DNA of 64,000 nt from Octopus vulgaris. Lineage: Eukaryota. The translations under genes were made by a program, and so were the position numbers. This document shows positions 1-13,359 of the stretch, piece after piece. Each line of letters opens with the position of its first letter. The stretch's first letter is position 1. The stretch covers positions 77,376,001-77,440,000 of the forward strand of contig OX597830.1 of the NCBI GenBank assembly GCA_951406725.2. Direction: 5' to 3'. Below the pieces are notes generated by a model that had not been told where the DNA came from, did no database searches, and saw only the letters and a program-made list of their open reading frames with translations.

Positions 1-170
1 TCGCGGTTTCGATTCCCAGACCGGGCGTTGTGTGTGTTTCTTGAGCGAAAACACCTAAAAGCTCCACGAGGCTCCGGCAGGGGGTGGTGGTGATCCCTGC
101 TGTACTCTTTCACCACTCTAAAGGCGGTGCTCCAGCATGGCCGCAGTCAAATGACTGGAACAAGTACAAA
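1..170 (+). mobile_element. tRNA-derived SINE, 5' end cut by window edge; type-B head joined to type-A tail
   Basis: 1-117 matches the SINE heads at 25355 and 60902 (B-box GTTTCGATTCC); 118-170 matches the CTAAAGGCGGTGCTCCAGCATGGCCGCAGTCAAATGACTG tail of the copies at 7791 and 35391. Confidence 0.75.
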
Positions 171-313
171 AAAAAATAAAAATAAATAAATATAGCCTGA
201 ATCCCATATATGTGTGTGTGTGTGTGATATTGTGTCAGTATATACATACATTCATATGTATGTGTGTGTGTGTGTGTGCGTGTATGTATATATACAATAT
301 ATATATGTATATG

Positions 314-361
<48 letters not shown>

Positions 362-618
362 TATAAAATAAATATAAGAGAATGGTCACTATATGGCTCA
401 CTCTAGCACCAGTTAATCCAAAAGGTTTCAACCACAAAAATACATGTTTCCCATGAAAGTCAGTACGATTGTTAGCTCACACGGACAGGGCAAATAAAAA
501 ATAACAAAATACAGATTATTTTGGGACAATTGTTTCGCTATTAATGGAGCACTAGGCCACTTGGTGTAGAATAGATATACTATTAAATTAGTATCTAATT
601 CTCTCACCCTTATTAATT

Positions 619-653
<35 letters not shown>

Positions 654-700
654 CATATACATATATATGTATATATATGCGCATATATATACGCATATAT

Positions 701-732
<32 letters not shown>

Positions 733-1032
733 GTACACCCACATGTATACCTATACATAAGCTCGCTTCCGCGCAAGCACACACGCATATATCAACGTTA
801 AATCAAACTTCTTTTAATATCCACTTCATTTTAGGTATCCATACATATATACATGCGCACACACATATGCACTTAGATACACACACACACACACACACAC
901 AAATACATACATGCATACACACACAGAGAATAACACACGCACAGGTATGTATACATTTGCGATCATGTATATATACATACACATAAACACTCGTGCTTGT
1001 GTATGCATGTTTGTGTATGTATGTATATATGT

Positions 1033-1100
<68 letters not shown>

Positions 1101-1371
1101 GTATGTATGAATGTATGTTTATATCACGCATTGTGTGAGTTCTCAGCAGTGAAATTCTGATATAAATATCAATTCGTTATTTGTGCCATTTTTGATACTT
1201 TAAATTGCTTTTTTTACTGATGGACATCAAATCAAACCTAATTATCTTTATTTTTTAAGAAAAATTAAATCAAAAATTTTATGATGAAAACTCGGTATAC
1301 TAACATGAATGTGTTTCTCTCACGACTTTGTTTCCTCATAACTTTCAGAAAAAAATATATGTAAAAAATGA

Positions 1372-1780
1372 AGTGGCTGTGTGCTAAGTAGCTTGCTAAC
1401 TAACTACATGGTTCCGGGTTCAGTCCCACTGCGTGGCATCTTGGGCAAGTGTCTTATGCTATAGCCCCGGGCCGACCAATGCCTTGTGAGTGGATTTGGT
1501 AGACGGAAACTGAAAGAAGCCTGTCGTATATATGTATATATATATGTATGTGTGTATGTGTTTGTGTGTCTGTGTTTGTCCCCCTAGCATTGCTTGACAA
1601 CCGATGCTGGTGTGTTTACGTCCCCGTCATTTAGCCGTTCGGCAAAAGAGACCGATAGAATAAGTACTGGGCTTACAAAGAATAAGTCCCGGGGTCGATT
1701 TGCTCGACTAAATGTGGTGCTCCAGCATGTCCGCAGTCAAATGACTGAAACAAGTAAAAGAGTAAAAGAGTAGAAGAGTA
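1372..1780 (+). mobile_element. SINE type A (tRNA head, CORE-like CTTGGGCAAGT, internal TA/TG microsatellite, AAAAGAGT tail)
   Basis: Near-identical to copies at 7791, 13441, 35391, 54411. Confidence 0.9.
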
Positions 1781-2482
1781 ATGCCTACACATAATATATA
1801 TGGCTACAAAATGGAAATTTTCAAAAAAAAACTATGTGATATCTATCGGTATTTGTACGCGTCCAACAGGATTTTTTTTTTTTTTTTTTTTTAATTTAAA
1901 TTCTGAAATAATCTTAATGTACACTTTGGAATGTATCTAGAAAATTCCATCAAAAATTACCTATTTTCTGAAAGTTTTAAGGAAACGAACTGAGGAGTGT
2001 GAATTATTCGAAAAACCTCTCCCAACACTGGAAAAGTCGTTTACAGCAAATTCCGATAAAATCTTCATTTTTATCATCTGGAATGTGTACGTAGAAAGAG
2101 TCATGATTAAATAACTGTCTTTCTGAAAGGTGTGAGGAAACAAAGTTGTAGGTATGCTCAAATCTCAATATTTTAACCGTTCTTATAGCTTCTTTCATTT
2201 GCTTAGCATAAAACACATGGACTTTGTCTTCATATTCTTAAGGATATTTATTTTTTAATACTTCATATCGCACGGCGAGGCATGGTTTTTATCAGTAAGA
2301 AACTCGTTCTGCACCAGTGTGTCTTTGTAATCAGTCTCAATGCGTAGTACTTTGTACAGGTGTCTTTTTTTTTTTTACTTTAACCCTAGAGCAACCGAAG
2401 CCTTGTGAGTGAATTTAGTAGAGGGAAACTGTGTGGAAGCTTATCGCATATATATACATACATACATACATTCATACATATA

Positions 2483-2582
<100 letters not shown>

Positions 2583-2762
2583 TATAATATACATACATAT
2601 ATATAATCAAAAATAAGAAACACGAATGACTCCGGTGATTTGGTACAATTGTTTCGTACTACAACAGTTTATTAAAAAGCTGTAAATATTACAGCAGATT
2701 TATATAGGTTTTCAATAATATAAAAGCTTTCAAATCAAGTTGTAACATTTTAGGGAAGGTAA

Positions 2763-2861
<99 letters not shown>

Positions 2862-3343
2862 CACACACACTCTCTCATCAGAGTGTGTTTTGTGTGTGTC
2901 TGTGTGTGTGTGTGTTTGTATCTTTCTCTCCATCCCCATCACCACCACCACCACACCAGTACTGCTAACAACCGGTGTTGTTCTATTTACCTCCCCATAA
3001 CGTTGCAGTTCGGCAAAAGTGACCGAAAAGTAAGTATCATATTCTCACAGTTCGTAAACCCTGGATTCGATTTTTTCGACATTAACCTGCGTAGGAGGTG
3101 CCCCATCAACCCCGCAGTTCAATGACTGAAACAAGTGAACGATAACATTAAATTTTATGAGAAATAATCTACATTACTTTAACTTTTGATTGATTAAACA
3201 CTGAAATAGTTAAATTACAAATTTATTAAATGATTGTAAAAATATTTAGAAGCACACCTTAGAAATTTTGTGTCATTTTAGGTATAACTAAGAGCGTGGG
3301 TGTGTGTACGTGACCGCATGCGTGTGTGTATCTGTGTGTACAC

Positions 3344-3409
<66 letters not shown>

Positions 3410-3446
3410 TATATACATATATATTTATATAAAATTATATATATGT

Positions 3447-3490
<44 letters not shown>

Positions 3491-3580
3491 GGCCAATCAA
3501 ACAAGTCCATTTCTTTTTAAAGGTGTAGCGTTTGTAAGAGTATAGATTGAATTAATATATAAGTTCCATTCTAGCAAAAA

Positions 3581-3618
3581 CTGTCTGATGAACGGCAACG
3601 AGAAACTCAGAGTAACAG
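3581..3618 (+). ncRNA. Type I hammerhead ribozyme
   Basis: ctgt-CTGATGA-a cg gcaa cg a-GAA-ACT cag AGT-A-acag: stems I, II, III present, GUA cleavage triplet; lies in a ~155-bp insert within (TA)n that ends in AATAAA. Confidence 0.75.
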
Positions 3619-3642
3619 ATTTTATTGAATGCTTAAAATAAA

Positions 3643-3677
<35 letters not shown>

Positions 3678-3697
3678 CATATATATATATATGCAAT

Positions 3698-3734
<37 letters not shown>

Positions 3735-3738
3735 ATGT

Positions 3739-3812
<74 letters not shown>

Positions 3813-4162
3813 CGTGATAGAAAATACAACAAGACAAAGATACTCCAACTAGTGAGGAATAAATACTAATTTCACAGGACACAATACATGTTTTTAAATG
3901 CTACTAACAATTTCATATGTTAAGAATTATCTCAAATTTATTCATCGCTCAAAAAGCACATATCATAACAGTTGAATAATAGAAGAAACACGTAAAAACT
4001 GAGAAGACTGTATATGGAAAACGCAGAAGGTTTCTGCCTCATGTATATATATTTGAGTTTTTTCTCAATATGTGAAACTAAAGGCATGTATTGCGTCCTT
4101 TAAATATATTATAACATCGAGGTCTCTTTCAATCTTTTGTTGTCTTACCATTTTTATCAATT

Positions 4163-4233
<71 letters not shown>

Positions 4234-4355
4234 AGCATGTATATTCATGTCTATGTATATAGAAATAAATTTATACATGTGAGTGCATCTATCAATAAAG
4301 CTATCTATCTGTGTATCTATATAAATATATACATGTAAGTATATCTATCTATCTT

Positions 4356-4386
<31 letters not shown>

Positions 4387-4439
4387 CTCTATCTATCTAT
4401 ATATATATGTATATATATCTATATCTACCTATCTATCTA

Positions 4440-4489
<50 letters not shown>

Positions 4490-4508
4490 TAATTTATTAT
4501 ATAGAAGG

Positions 4509-4559
4509 AGCTTCTACAGGACTAGTACTGTTTCATTCAAGAGAAATCTTCAGGAAGCT
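4509..4559 (-). ncRNA. Type I hammerhead ribozyme (canonical core)
   Basis: Minus strand: agcttc-CTGAAGA-t ttc tctt gaa t-GAA-ACAG tactagtc CTGT-A-gaagct; 6-bp stem I, 4-bp stem III, GUA triplet; insert 4490-4610 flanked by (TA)n. Confidence 0.85.
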
Positions 4560-4608
4560 ATGTATTGAGTACCTTACTTACTGTGGTTAACCCCGAATCA
4601 ACCCGGGA

Positions 4609-4647
<39 letters not shown>

Positions 4648-5218
4648 CATATACCTGTATAAACACACGCATAAATAGAGGTATTTATATGTATGTATAT
4701 GGGTTATACATATCTCAGTAGGTAATGCCTTCAAACACACCTGCAGGAAACGCCCCCTCTCTCTCCCTCTCTCTCACCCTATCTCTCTCACTCTCTCACT
4801 CCTTACACACATTGACATAAACACATACAAACACACACACACACACGCACACAGACATAGATAGGCAGATAGACACAAACACACACACACAATCTAAATA
4901 TATACGCATACACAAATACACAATATATACGCATACACAAATACACAATTTCCTCATTTATGTGGTTAAACACACTCCTTCAATTGTTTCCTGTATATAT
5001 ACATGTGTATATGCATGTGTGTGTGTGAGTGTGTATATATAGAGAAAGAGACAGTCAGACAGACAGACAGGCAGCGGTCACTAAACTGACCTCTATTAAT
5101 TTACCTTTAGGTTGTTAAATTGCAAACAAGCCGCCCATATTATCTGTTATATATATATATATATACAGAGAGAGAGAGAGAGAGTGAGAAAGAGACAGAC
5201 AGACAGATACACACATAC

Positions 5219-5269
<51 letters not shown>

Positions 5270-5301
5270 CATACATACATACATACACATACATATATAT
5301 A

Positions 5302-6222
5302 TACGAGGGACGTTCAATAAGTAATGCCTCTGACCCACTTGCAGTTGTTGGATCTAGCTGAAATTTGTGGAAACTCTGTGGAAACAGTTCCCAAATCTGG
5401 TCGCCCCTTCTGCCATTGATGAGGCATCTGTCCGTCAAGTTGAGACTGCCATTTTGGAAGATCGACGCATAATTATTCGCCAAATAGCCCATGAGGTCAA
5501 GATTAGTACGGGTCTATGGAAACCATCATTCATGACCATTTGCATATGCAAAAGGTGTCTGCCAGATGGATTCCCAGGTTGCTCACGCCTTTCCAGAAGC
5601 AAGAACGCGTCGAGTGCTCGAGGGTGAATTTGGAGATGTGCCAAGAAGATGAGTCAAAATTTTTCAAAAGACTGATTACACAGGATGAAACCTGGGTCCA
5701 TCACGATGATCCAGAGACCAAAGCCCAGTCAATGCAGTGGAAGCACCGTGACTCACCCCCTCCAAAGAAGGCAAGGGTGCAGCCCTCCGCTGGCAAGGTC
5801 ATGCTCACAGTCTTCTGGGACCAGGACGGAGTAGTGATGACAGATTTCCTGGCAAAGGGTACCACAATTGCAGGAGCCTATTATGCTTCACTTTTGAGGA
5901 AATTAAGAGAAGTTATCAAAATCAAGAGGCGGGGCAAGATCAGCAAAGGCATCCTCCTCCTGCAGGACAACGCTCCGGTCCACAACTCGCTTGTCGCCAG
6001 ATCAGAAGCACAGGCGTATGGCTATGAACTCCCCCCATCCCCCTACTTTCCTGACCTTGCACCCTCTGATTTTCACCTCTTCCCAGCCATGAAGTTGTTT
6101 TTGAAAGGAAAGCGTTTCCCAGATGATGCAGCCTTGATTTCTGAAGTCACGTTCAGGTTGGAGGACCAAGCTGGGGTCTTCTACAAAAACGGTCTCCAGA
6201 GCTGCATCAAACAATGGGAGAA
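5302..6222 (+). mobile_element. Mariner (D,D34D-type) transposon, internally deleted and 3'-truncated
   Basis: TA + CGAGGGACGTTCAATAAGTAATG left TIR; transposase motifs WIPRLL, DETW, QDNA, YFPDLAPSDF; ends at QWEK in a TA run, right TIR absent. Confidence 0.92.
5367..6222 (+). pseudogene. Mariner transposase pseudogene
   Basis: HTH-like segment (ILEDRRIIIRQIAHEVKIS) in one frame, frameshift near 5515 into the catalytic domain ORF starting at 5516; N-terminus missing. Confidence 0.88.
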
Positions 6223-6451
6223 ATATATATATATATGTTTTATATGGTCAGGCGATTTGGCGTCTATTTTTTTCGCATATTGGCAAAGAAAATATTTTCT
6301 TTTGCCCTTATTTATAATTGTATATATATATATATATTTATAACTTTACACACACACACATACACATACACACACGCACTTATATATATATATAGATATA
6401 TGTATGCACAGATGTGTGTATATATATTTATTTAGTTCGTTTATACTTTTA

Positions 6452-6670
6452 GTTCTTACAGACATCTGACTGTGGCCATGCTGGAGCACTGCCTTTAGCC
6501 GAGCAAATCCACCCCAGGACATATTCTTTGTGAGCTTAGTACTTAGTCTATCGCGTTCTTTTCCCGAACCGCTAAGTTACGGGGACATAAACACACCAGC
6601 ATCTGTTGTCAAGCAATGTTGGGGGACAAACACAAACACAAACATATACACACGTACATACATACATACA
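6452..6670 (-). mobile_element. SINE type A 3' half
   Basis: Reverse complement of the type A tail (GGCCATGCTGGAGCAC...GAACCGCTAAGTTACGGGGAC). Confidence 0.8.
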
Positions 6671-7170
6671 GGAGCCCTCTTTCTCTCCTTCGTTATACCT
6701 TCTGAGTGTTTACGTGATATACAGTACAAAAACAAAAAATAATTGTATTTAAATTTTACGTGAGTTACAGTGATGAGTGAAGTTTTTGTTGTCCACATTA
6801 TGAACGGAAAGTATAACATTAATTGCTTGTAGACTTATAGACTGAAGTTTCGATGAGATACCAAATGTATTACTGAAAAATAACACAGGCACTTTTATAT
6901 ACATATTCAGTGAAAACAAACAGGAAGAGATGGTAAGCCTAAACGTGGTTTTGGTGGCGAACGCGTAAATCAAGCTTGGACAGTAGACAGACAAGAACAC
7001 GTCTTCCTTGTTCCAGTTACAACGGAGAGAAAGGAAGAAACACAAGTTAGGAGAAGAAAGAAAGATTGCCGATGGTCACGTGAAAGCCACGTGAACAAGG
7101 TAGAAGACGTGAGGGAGAGAGAGAGAGTATTAGGAGAGAATAGTGGGAGAAGAGGAGGTAAAAGAAATAA

Positions 7171-7212
<42 letters not shown>

Positions 7213-7528
7213 GCAGGTTTGTATACACGTGGACAAACGATAGGAAGTGGCACTTAGAATCTTTAGTAGGACTCAGTTCCATATGGTTCAAACGTTGGTT
7301 GGACAAATTCGTCTAATCAGATATCGGAAGAGAAATCTGATGATACGGGTTCGTTCAACCTACTCCAGAAACTTTAAGTTGTATGGTGCTGAGTCAAACT
7401 AATATTACATATAGTCACTATTATAGTTTTATTCTTTGGTAACACATTGCCTTCGGCTGTCTGTATTAATTTTTTGCATACACATTAGCGACTCGCTACG
7501 TCATCTGTGTGTGTGTGTGTATGTGTGT

Positions 7529-7584
<56 letters not shown>

Positions 7585-7790
7585 GAAACCGGTATACGAT
7601 TAATTCTTGATTTTTATTTAATTTTCATCTGTCTCGTCCGCTTATGTTTTGGTGTTCGCTGAATTTTTTCTGGAGAGCATTTTTCGTTGTAGTTAGATCG
7701 TATGTGATCTTCTAGCGTATGGTTATCCACCTAGTGGTTTATCCCTAAATATACAAATATTTGTGTATGTGTGTATCGTTGTCATTATCA

Positions 7791-8188
7791 CAGGTGTGGC
7801 TGTGTGGTAAGTAGCTTGCTAACCAACCACATGGTTCCGGGTTCAGTCCCACTGCGTGGCATCTTGGGCAAGTGTCTTCTGCTATAGCCCCGGGCCGACC
7901 AATGCCTTGTCAGTGGATTTGGTAGACGGAAACTGAAAGAAGCCTGTCGTATATATGTGTATATATATATATATGTATGTGTGTGTTTGTGTGTCTGTGT
8001 TTGTCCCCCTAGCATTGCTTGACAACCGATGCTGGTGTGTTTACGTTCCCGTCACTTAGCGGTTCGGCAAAAAGAGACCGATAGAATAAGTACTGGGCTT
8101 ACAAAGAATAAGTCCTGGGGTCGATTTGCTCGACTAAAGGCGGTGCTCCAGCATGGCCGCAGTCAAATGACTGAAACAAGTAAAAGAG

Positions 8189-8190
<2 letters not shown>
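7791..8190 (+). mobile_element. SINE type A
   Basis: Full copy matching 1372 and 35391. Confidence 0.9.
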
Positions 8191-8261
<71 letters not shown>

Positions 8262-8630
8262 ATACGTTTATATACCCACACGAACATGGAAACGGTGTAC
8301 GGCCATCTTCCGCTATATTCTAATATTTACTACAAACAATACATGAATGAATATAATTTATTTAAAGCACTTTGAACCTACATCCATGAAAGTCAGATAT
8401 TTGAAAACACAACAAAGACAGTACCATCACCACCACCACCATCACTACCACCACCACGAACTAGAGAAACAACAAGAAAACCAATAATGTATGTAACTCC
8501 TTTGTAGATTAAATTTGCTTCATGCAGAGTCACTGTAGGAAACATTTTCATTTAATTCTTACAAATATCTGAAAAATAAATATTACCAATAAATGTAAAC
8601 ATATATAAAGACATTCCTTGGAATATATAA

Positions 8631-8702
<72 letters not shown>

Positions 8703-9159
8703 ATATTCATATATTTATACATATCACTATATATATGTATATGCATGTATATATACACGTGTGTGTGTGTGTGAATAATGAATAAAATAAAAACAGTGGT
8801 AAGAGAAAATTGATATTATGAAGGTTGTTCGTGTAAGGTGGAGGGAGCAGTTTTTCGGGGGTTTTTTTTTTTTATTGTTACTTTAGGGTTTTGTTGTTGC
8901 TTTTCATCTTTGTTCGGGTGTTTATTTATTTACTTTGTTTGTGTGATCTGAAATTATATGTTTTTAAAACTGTTCCCTAGTGTGTGTGGGGGGTATGTAT
9001 GAGTGTGTGTGTGTGTTTGTGCTTGTTTTTGTATGTATGTGTGTGTGTGTGTGTGTGTATCGTTGTCATTATCGCTGTTGTCTTTTTTTTATGTCAGCTT
9101 GTATGTTTTCATTTTAGTCTAATGTATACATGAAGGAGAAGTAGAAACGGAAGATGAAC

Positions 9160-9315
9160 GAGGAGGAGGAGGAGGAGGAGGAGGAGAGGAGGAAGAAGTG
9201 GGGGATGAGAGAGGTGGAAGCGGAGAAAGAAGACTAAGAGGAAGTGAAGGAGGAACGCGAGGAGGTGGAAGAGAAGGTTGGAGGTGGTGGATGGGGAGAT
9301 GGGTGGAAAGTAGTT

Positions 9316-9388
<73 letters not shown>

Positions 9389-10015
9389 TAGTAGTAGTGA
9401 TGGTGGTTGCGGTGGTGGTAGAGGTGGAAGAAGAAGAAGAAGAAGAAGAAGAACTTGAACTTGAACTAAAACAGACGCTCTGACAGTACCATCACCACAA
9501 CAATAGCAACAGCAATATCATAAATAATGTTAAATTTGTATTTCATTAATGACATTTGATCTCGTGCACCAACGAACGTTCAAATTCTTCGCCTGATTCC
9601 TTCTTTTCCTGCTTATGGTAAGAGTGATGCTGCAGATGCTGTTGTTCTTGTTGCTGTTGGTACCGTTGAACATGATGACAATGATGACGGTGATGATGAT
9701 GACGATGATGATGATGATGATGATGACGACGATGATGACGATGGTGATGACGATGATGACGATGGTGATGACGATGATGACGATGGTGATGATGATGATG
9801 ACGATGATGATGACGATGATGACGATGGTGATGATGATGAAGACGACGAGGAGGAGGAGGAGGAAGTGGATGGCGATGATGATGATGATGATGATGCTGA
9901 TGTCTATGACAACGATGAGGATGATGATGACGATGATGAGGATGACGACTATGACAACGATGAGGATTTTGACGATGATGACGATGATGATGATATGTTG
10001 ATGATGATGATGATG

Positions 10016-10076
<61 letters not shown>

Positions 10077-10100
10077 TGATGATGATGATGATGAAGTGAT
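9160..10100. repeat. Compound trinucleotide microsatellites (GAG, AGT, AGC, GAA, GAT/GAC, AAT)
   Basis: Direct inspection. Confidence 0.95.
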
Positions 10101-11403
10101 TACTAATGATTACAACTACAACCGCGACGAGAGTGTCGATGAAGACAAAGTCAAAGACGATGCGGGGGCGAAGAGAGATTTGTGTTTACGACTATTGATG
10201 CTGATATACTGCCATACTGCTTTCCTGTTTTAATACTAGATTTTATATATTGCACACTAGTGTTCACCAATCCATTTACCTCACCTAAATATACCGGACA
10301 CTGTCCACAAAGGAAGTCACAGAAGCACAATATATAAAATATATAGTAAAAGCCCTGTGAAATATTATCGAAATGATGTATTGTTTCTATCCATAAGAGT
10401 GGTGACTAATCAAAATTCCCGAAGAAATGCGGCCTTTACCGAAACGATGGACTATTCATTTAACTTGTTATAAAAGGGATTCTTTTAGGATGGAATTCAT
10501 CAACTTGTTCGAAGAGTAAGCATTAAAAATGACATTAAACACAAATCTAAGTATAATAAATTCAGATTTATGAGTCTAAATTTTAAGTACTGTTAATTAA
10601 TCAACTTCGCCCATACACAACAAATTCAGTTGATAATATCAATAAGCGCATACCTAAAATATTCTTTGAGAAAGAATCCTTTAATCGTAGTGAGCTCATT
10701 ATTAAAATGTCGCGCTAAAATCAGTGGTTTCAAAAGTAGTAATATGAGAACAAAAATGCGAAAATAGGAAGTGATATATTATATGGTATAATCCTCCGCG
10801 TAGTATAAATGCTTAAATGCCGCCATAATTTTCATAAACCTCTTAAATTGGTATTTCTCAAACCATAGATATCATGATGTATTTAATAGAAATAGTGTGA
10901 GTTAACGCTGCACTAAAAATTTCCTCCTTTCCATAGATACTTTCAGCAAAAATAAACCTTCGAGTATAAATTAAAATAAATATTTTCCAATAAGTATGGG
11001 AACAGTATCTCTTCAACGCCAAGTCAATTGCTGAAGTATAAATTTTGCAAACTAAGGTCTCACTTGCAAAAAACGGTGAAACAAATGAGCTTTTGGGGAC
11101 TTAATTAAAGTTAATTTAAAGGAAGATGGTTCCAACATATACTCACATTCATAAGCTCACACCCGGAGTTTAAGGGATGCTTGAATTGTAAATAGATTGG
11201 TCTGTAATAGAATACACCTTCATAAATATGAACGGCATCAGAAGGTGCAAACTTTGTCTTTTGATGGTGCTAGAGGAGCCACCATGACTAAGGGAATATC
11301 CCTGATACCCTAATTTATAGTTTTAAATAATTATTACCTTTGTATGGTAATTATTCCCATGCTGGCCACTTGATAAGATCGATATTTAAATATCGATATT
11401 ATT

Positions 11404-11462
<59 letters not shown>

Positions 11463-11517
11463 TAGAAATATTAAATTTACTAAGTCTCTCTAAAGGAGAT
11501 TACGGCAGCGTTACTGG

Positions 11518-11776
11518 ATATTAATAGTTATCGCCATACTAATATGGCCTAGTCAGACTACGCTGCATTGATAAAGGGCAACAACCCTGAAACATGTCTG
11601 CAGATGTCTGACTAGCAAGGTGAAGCGGCTGACCTCCCCTGTTCGAAGGTTGTAATGGACGCAGGTTTGTGTGTCATATAGCTAGCTAGAGGCGATGGCC
11701 TCTTGGAGCTAATCAGCGACAGCTTTAGTCTTATATTTATAGACTGCCATATTAGTATGGCGATAACTATTAATAT
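11518..11776 (+). mobile_element. Retrozyme/PLE pseudo-LTR-like mini element with 31-bp perfect inverted ends
   Basis: ATATTAATAGTTATCGCCATACTAATATGGC at 11518-11548 and its reverse complement at 11746-11776; internal hammerhead; in (TA)n context. Confidence 0.75.
11549..11615 (+). ncRNA. Type I hammerhead ribozyme, U3-A8 variant
   Basis: ctagtcagac..ctgca-TTGATAA-aggg caacaa ccct-GAA-AC at GT-C-tgcag..gtctgactag; predicted cleavage after C11598. Confidence 0.85.
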
Positions 11777-12112
11777 ATATATATATATATCACTATGTAT
11801 TCAAACAAACTTATGCATGAGATGCGTTTAAATATAGATTACTGCTTGTCAAATTGTACTCGTAAATTTTTAGTCGATCCATATGTTAGCAGAAGGCAAT
11901 TGTTTGAGGTGACACGCAGTAAAATTGAACCCTAAATCACGAAATTGTGAAGCGTCACCTTGACCGCACATTTACACCTGGAAATGCACATATAGACACA
12001 CACTAACACACAAACACGCACACACACACTCGTAATCACATATCTAAACGCACATACCTTTATATTTGTATATGCACATCTATATACATGTAAGCATATA
12101 TATCCCCCCCCC

Positions 12113-12155
<43 letters not shown>

Positions 12156-12778
12156 CATTTTCCGTCTTTCATTTGCCATATATGCACATATATTTATGTG
12201 CATATTTCTGTTTGGATATATCTACACAAGCATGCATGTATGTATATATGTATTGTTACTAAGCAAGTGTATGTGGATTGGGTAAATATGTGCGTTATAT
12301 CAATTAATCATGCAACTGTGACAGCACCAACTGTGTTGTCACAGTTGCATATCCTCAATTTCACATTTCTACGAGGATATTTTAATATTTAAACTTTCAA
12401 ATGTGGTGAATCGCAGAATCGGTAAAACGCCGGACAAAAGAATTAATTGCAGTGTCTAAGAATGTATTTTTACGCATTTAACTCAAATACCACCATGATA
12501 ATAACATATCTTTTTATTCCCAATGAATTCTGGTTTGTTTCGAGCAGGATTCTCTCATCCCGGTTGTTTTTCATCATAGGAAAACCCCTATTTTTAACGA
12601 TGTTTATTCATAACATTCGCAGTTCATCTGCGTAAGGGTCCTTTTGCATATAGTGGTATTTCGGCTTTAATGTGTATCCCAGTCCAAAGTACCTTGCCGG
12701 AACGGTGGATGACAGGGGCACGATCTCTTCTTTATAGGATTCAGCAAACAAATTATTTGTTTATGCGTGATGATTTCT

Positions 12779-13359
12779 GGGCAACAGATAATAATTCATG
12801 GGATATACGCAGAAAATTGAGAATTCAAATAGCAGAGCTATATTTTCTTACCAGAATCTGGCAGATTCGAACGTGTATATCTCATCGCTGGAGTTTGTCA
12901 TCTTCGGAGAACACCCCCATCTCTAGACAAGATGGCTTCATAACGCATATCACTTGGACAGACTTGGTTTGGGCGATGGTGTGCAAATAATAAAGCATCT
13001 AGATACGTTATTGTTAGGATTCTCGCATCATGTGATTGATTTTTCTTTTCTGTTTCTAGAAACAAGAACTTATACTCTTGTTAGATTCATTGGTCCAAGC
13101 TAGCTTTGACTGAGGAGACAGAAAAAGATCGAAACACCTTCATGTTTCAAAGTCTCCTTACACCAGTGAATCATGTGTGTTTTTGAATGCACAACGTCTA
13201 AAGGGAGGAAGTGTTTTCCGATGACGAAAAATAACAGAGATCAGATATCTACGTTCGAATCTGCAAGAGCATATTTTTAGAAGGAAGAGAAATATTATTG
13301 TTTGGATTCTCGCTATTCCACGCGCACCTCATGAATTAACACGACATTAAAATTTGCCC
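12779..13359 (+). ncRNA. Rod-like structured RNA element with apical hammerhead (retrozyme/viroid-like)
   Basis: Nested helices 12779-84/13354-59, 12792-802/13328-38, 12819-32/13298-311, 12861-74/13251-64, 12904-14/13211-21, 13084-94/13162-72, with many G-U pairs. Confidence 0.65.
13104..13152 (+). ncRNA. Type I hammerhead ribozyme
   Basis: ctttga-CTGAGGA-ga cagaaaaaga tc-GAA-ACA ccttca TGT-T-tcaaag; 6-bp stem I, GUU triplet, weak stem II. Confidence 0.8.

Noticed and set aside
7330-7385. CTGATGA...GAAAC tttaa GTT hammerhead-like motif
   Set aside because: Stem I does not pair and stem II is poorly closed; at best an old relic
10240-11405. Possible highly decayed PLE (YKF..GET-like words, AGGG/CCCT hairpin near 11290)
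   Set aside because: Motifs too fragmentary to support without a translated search
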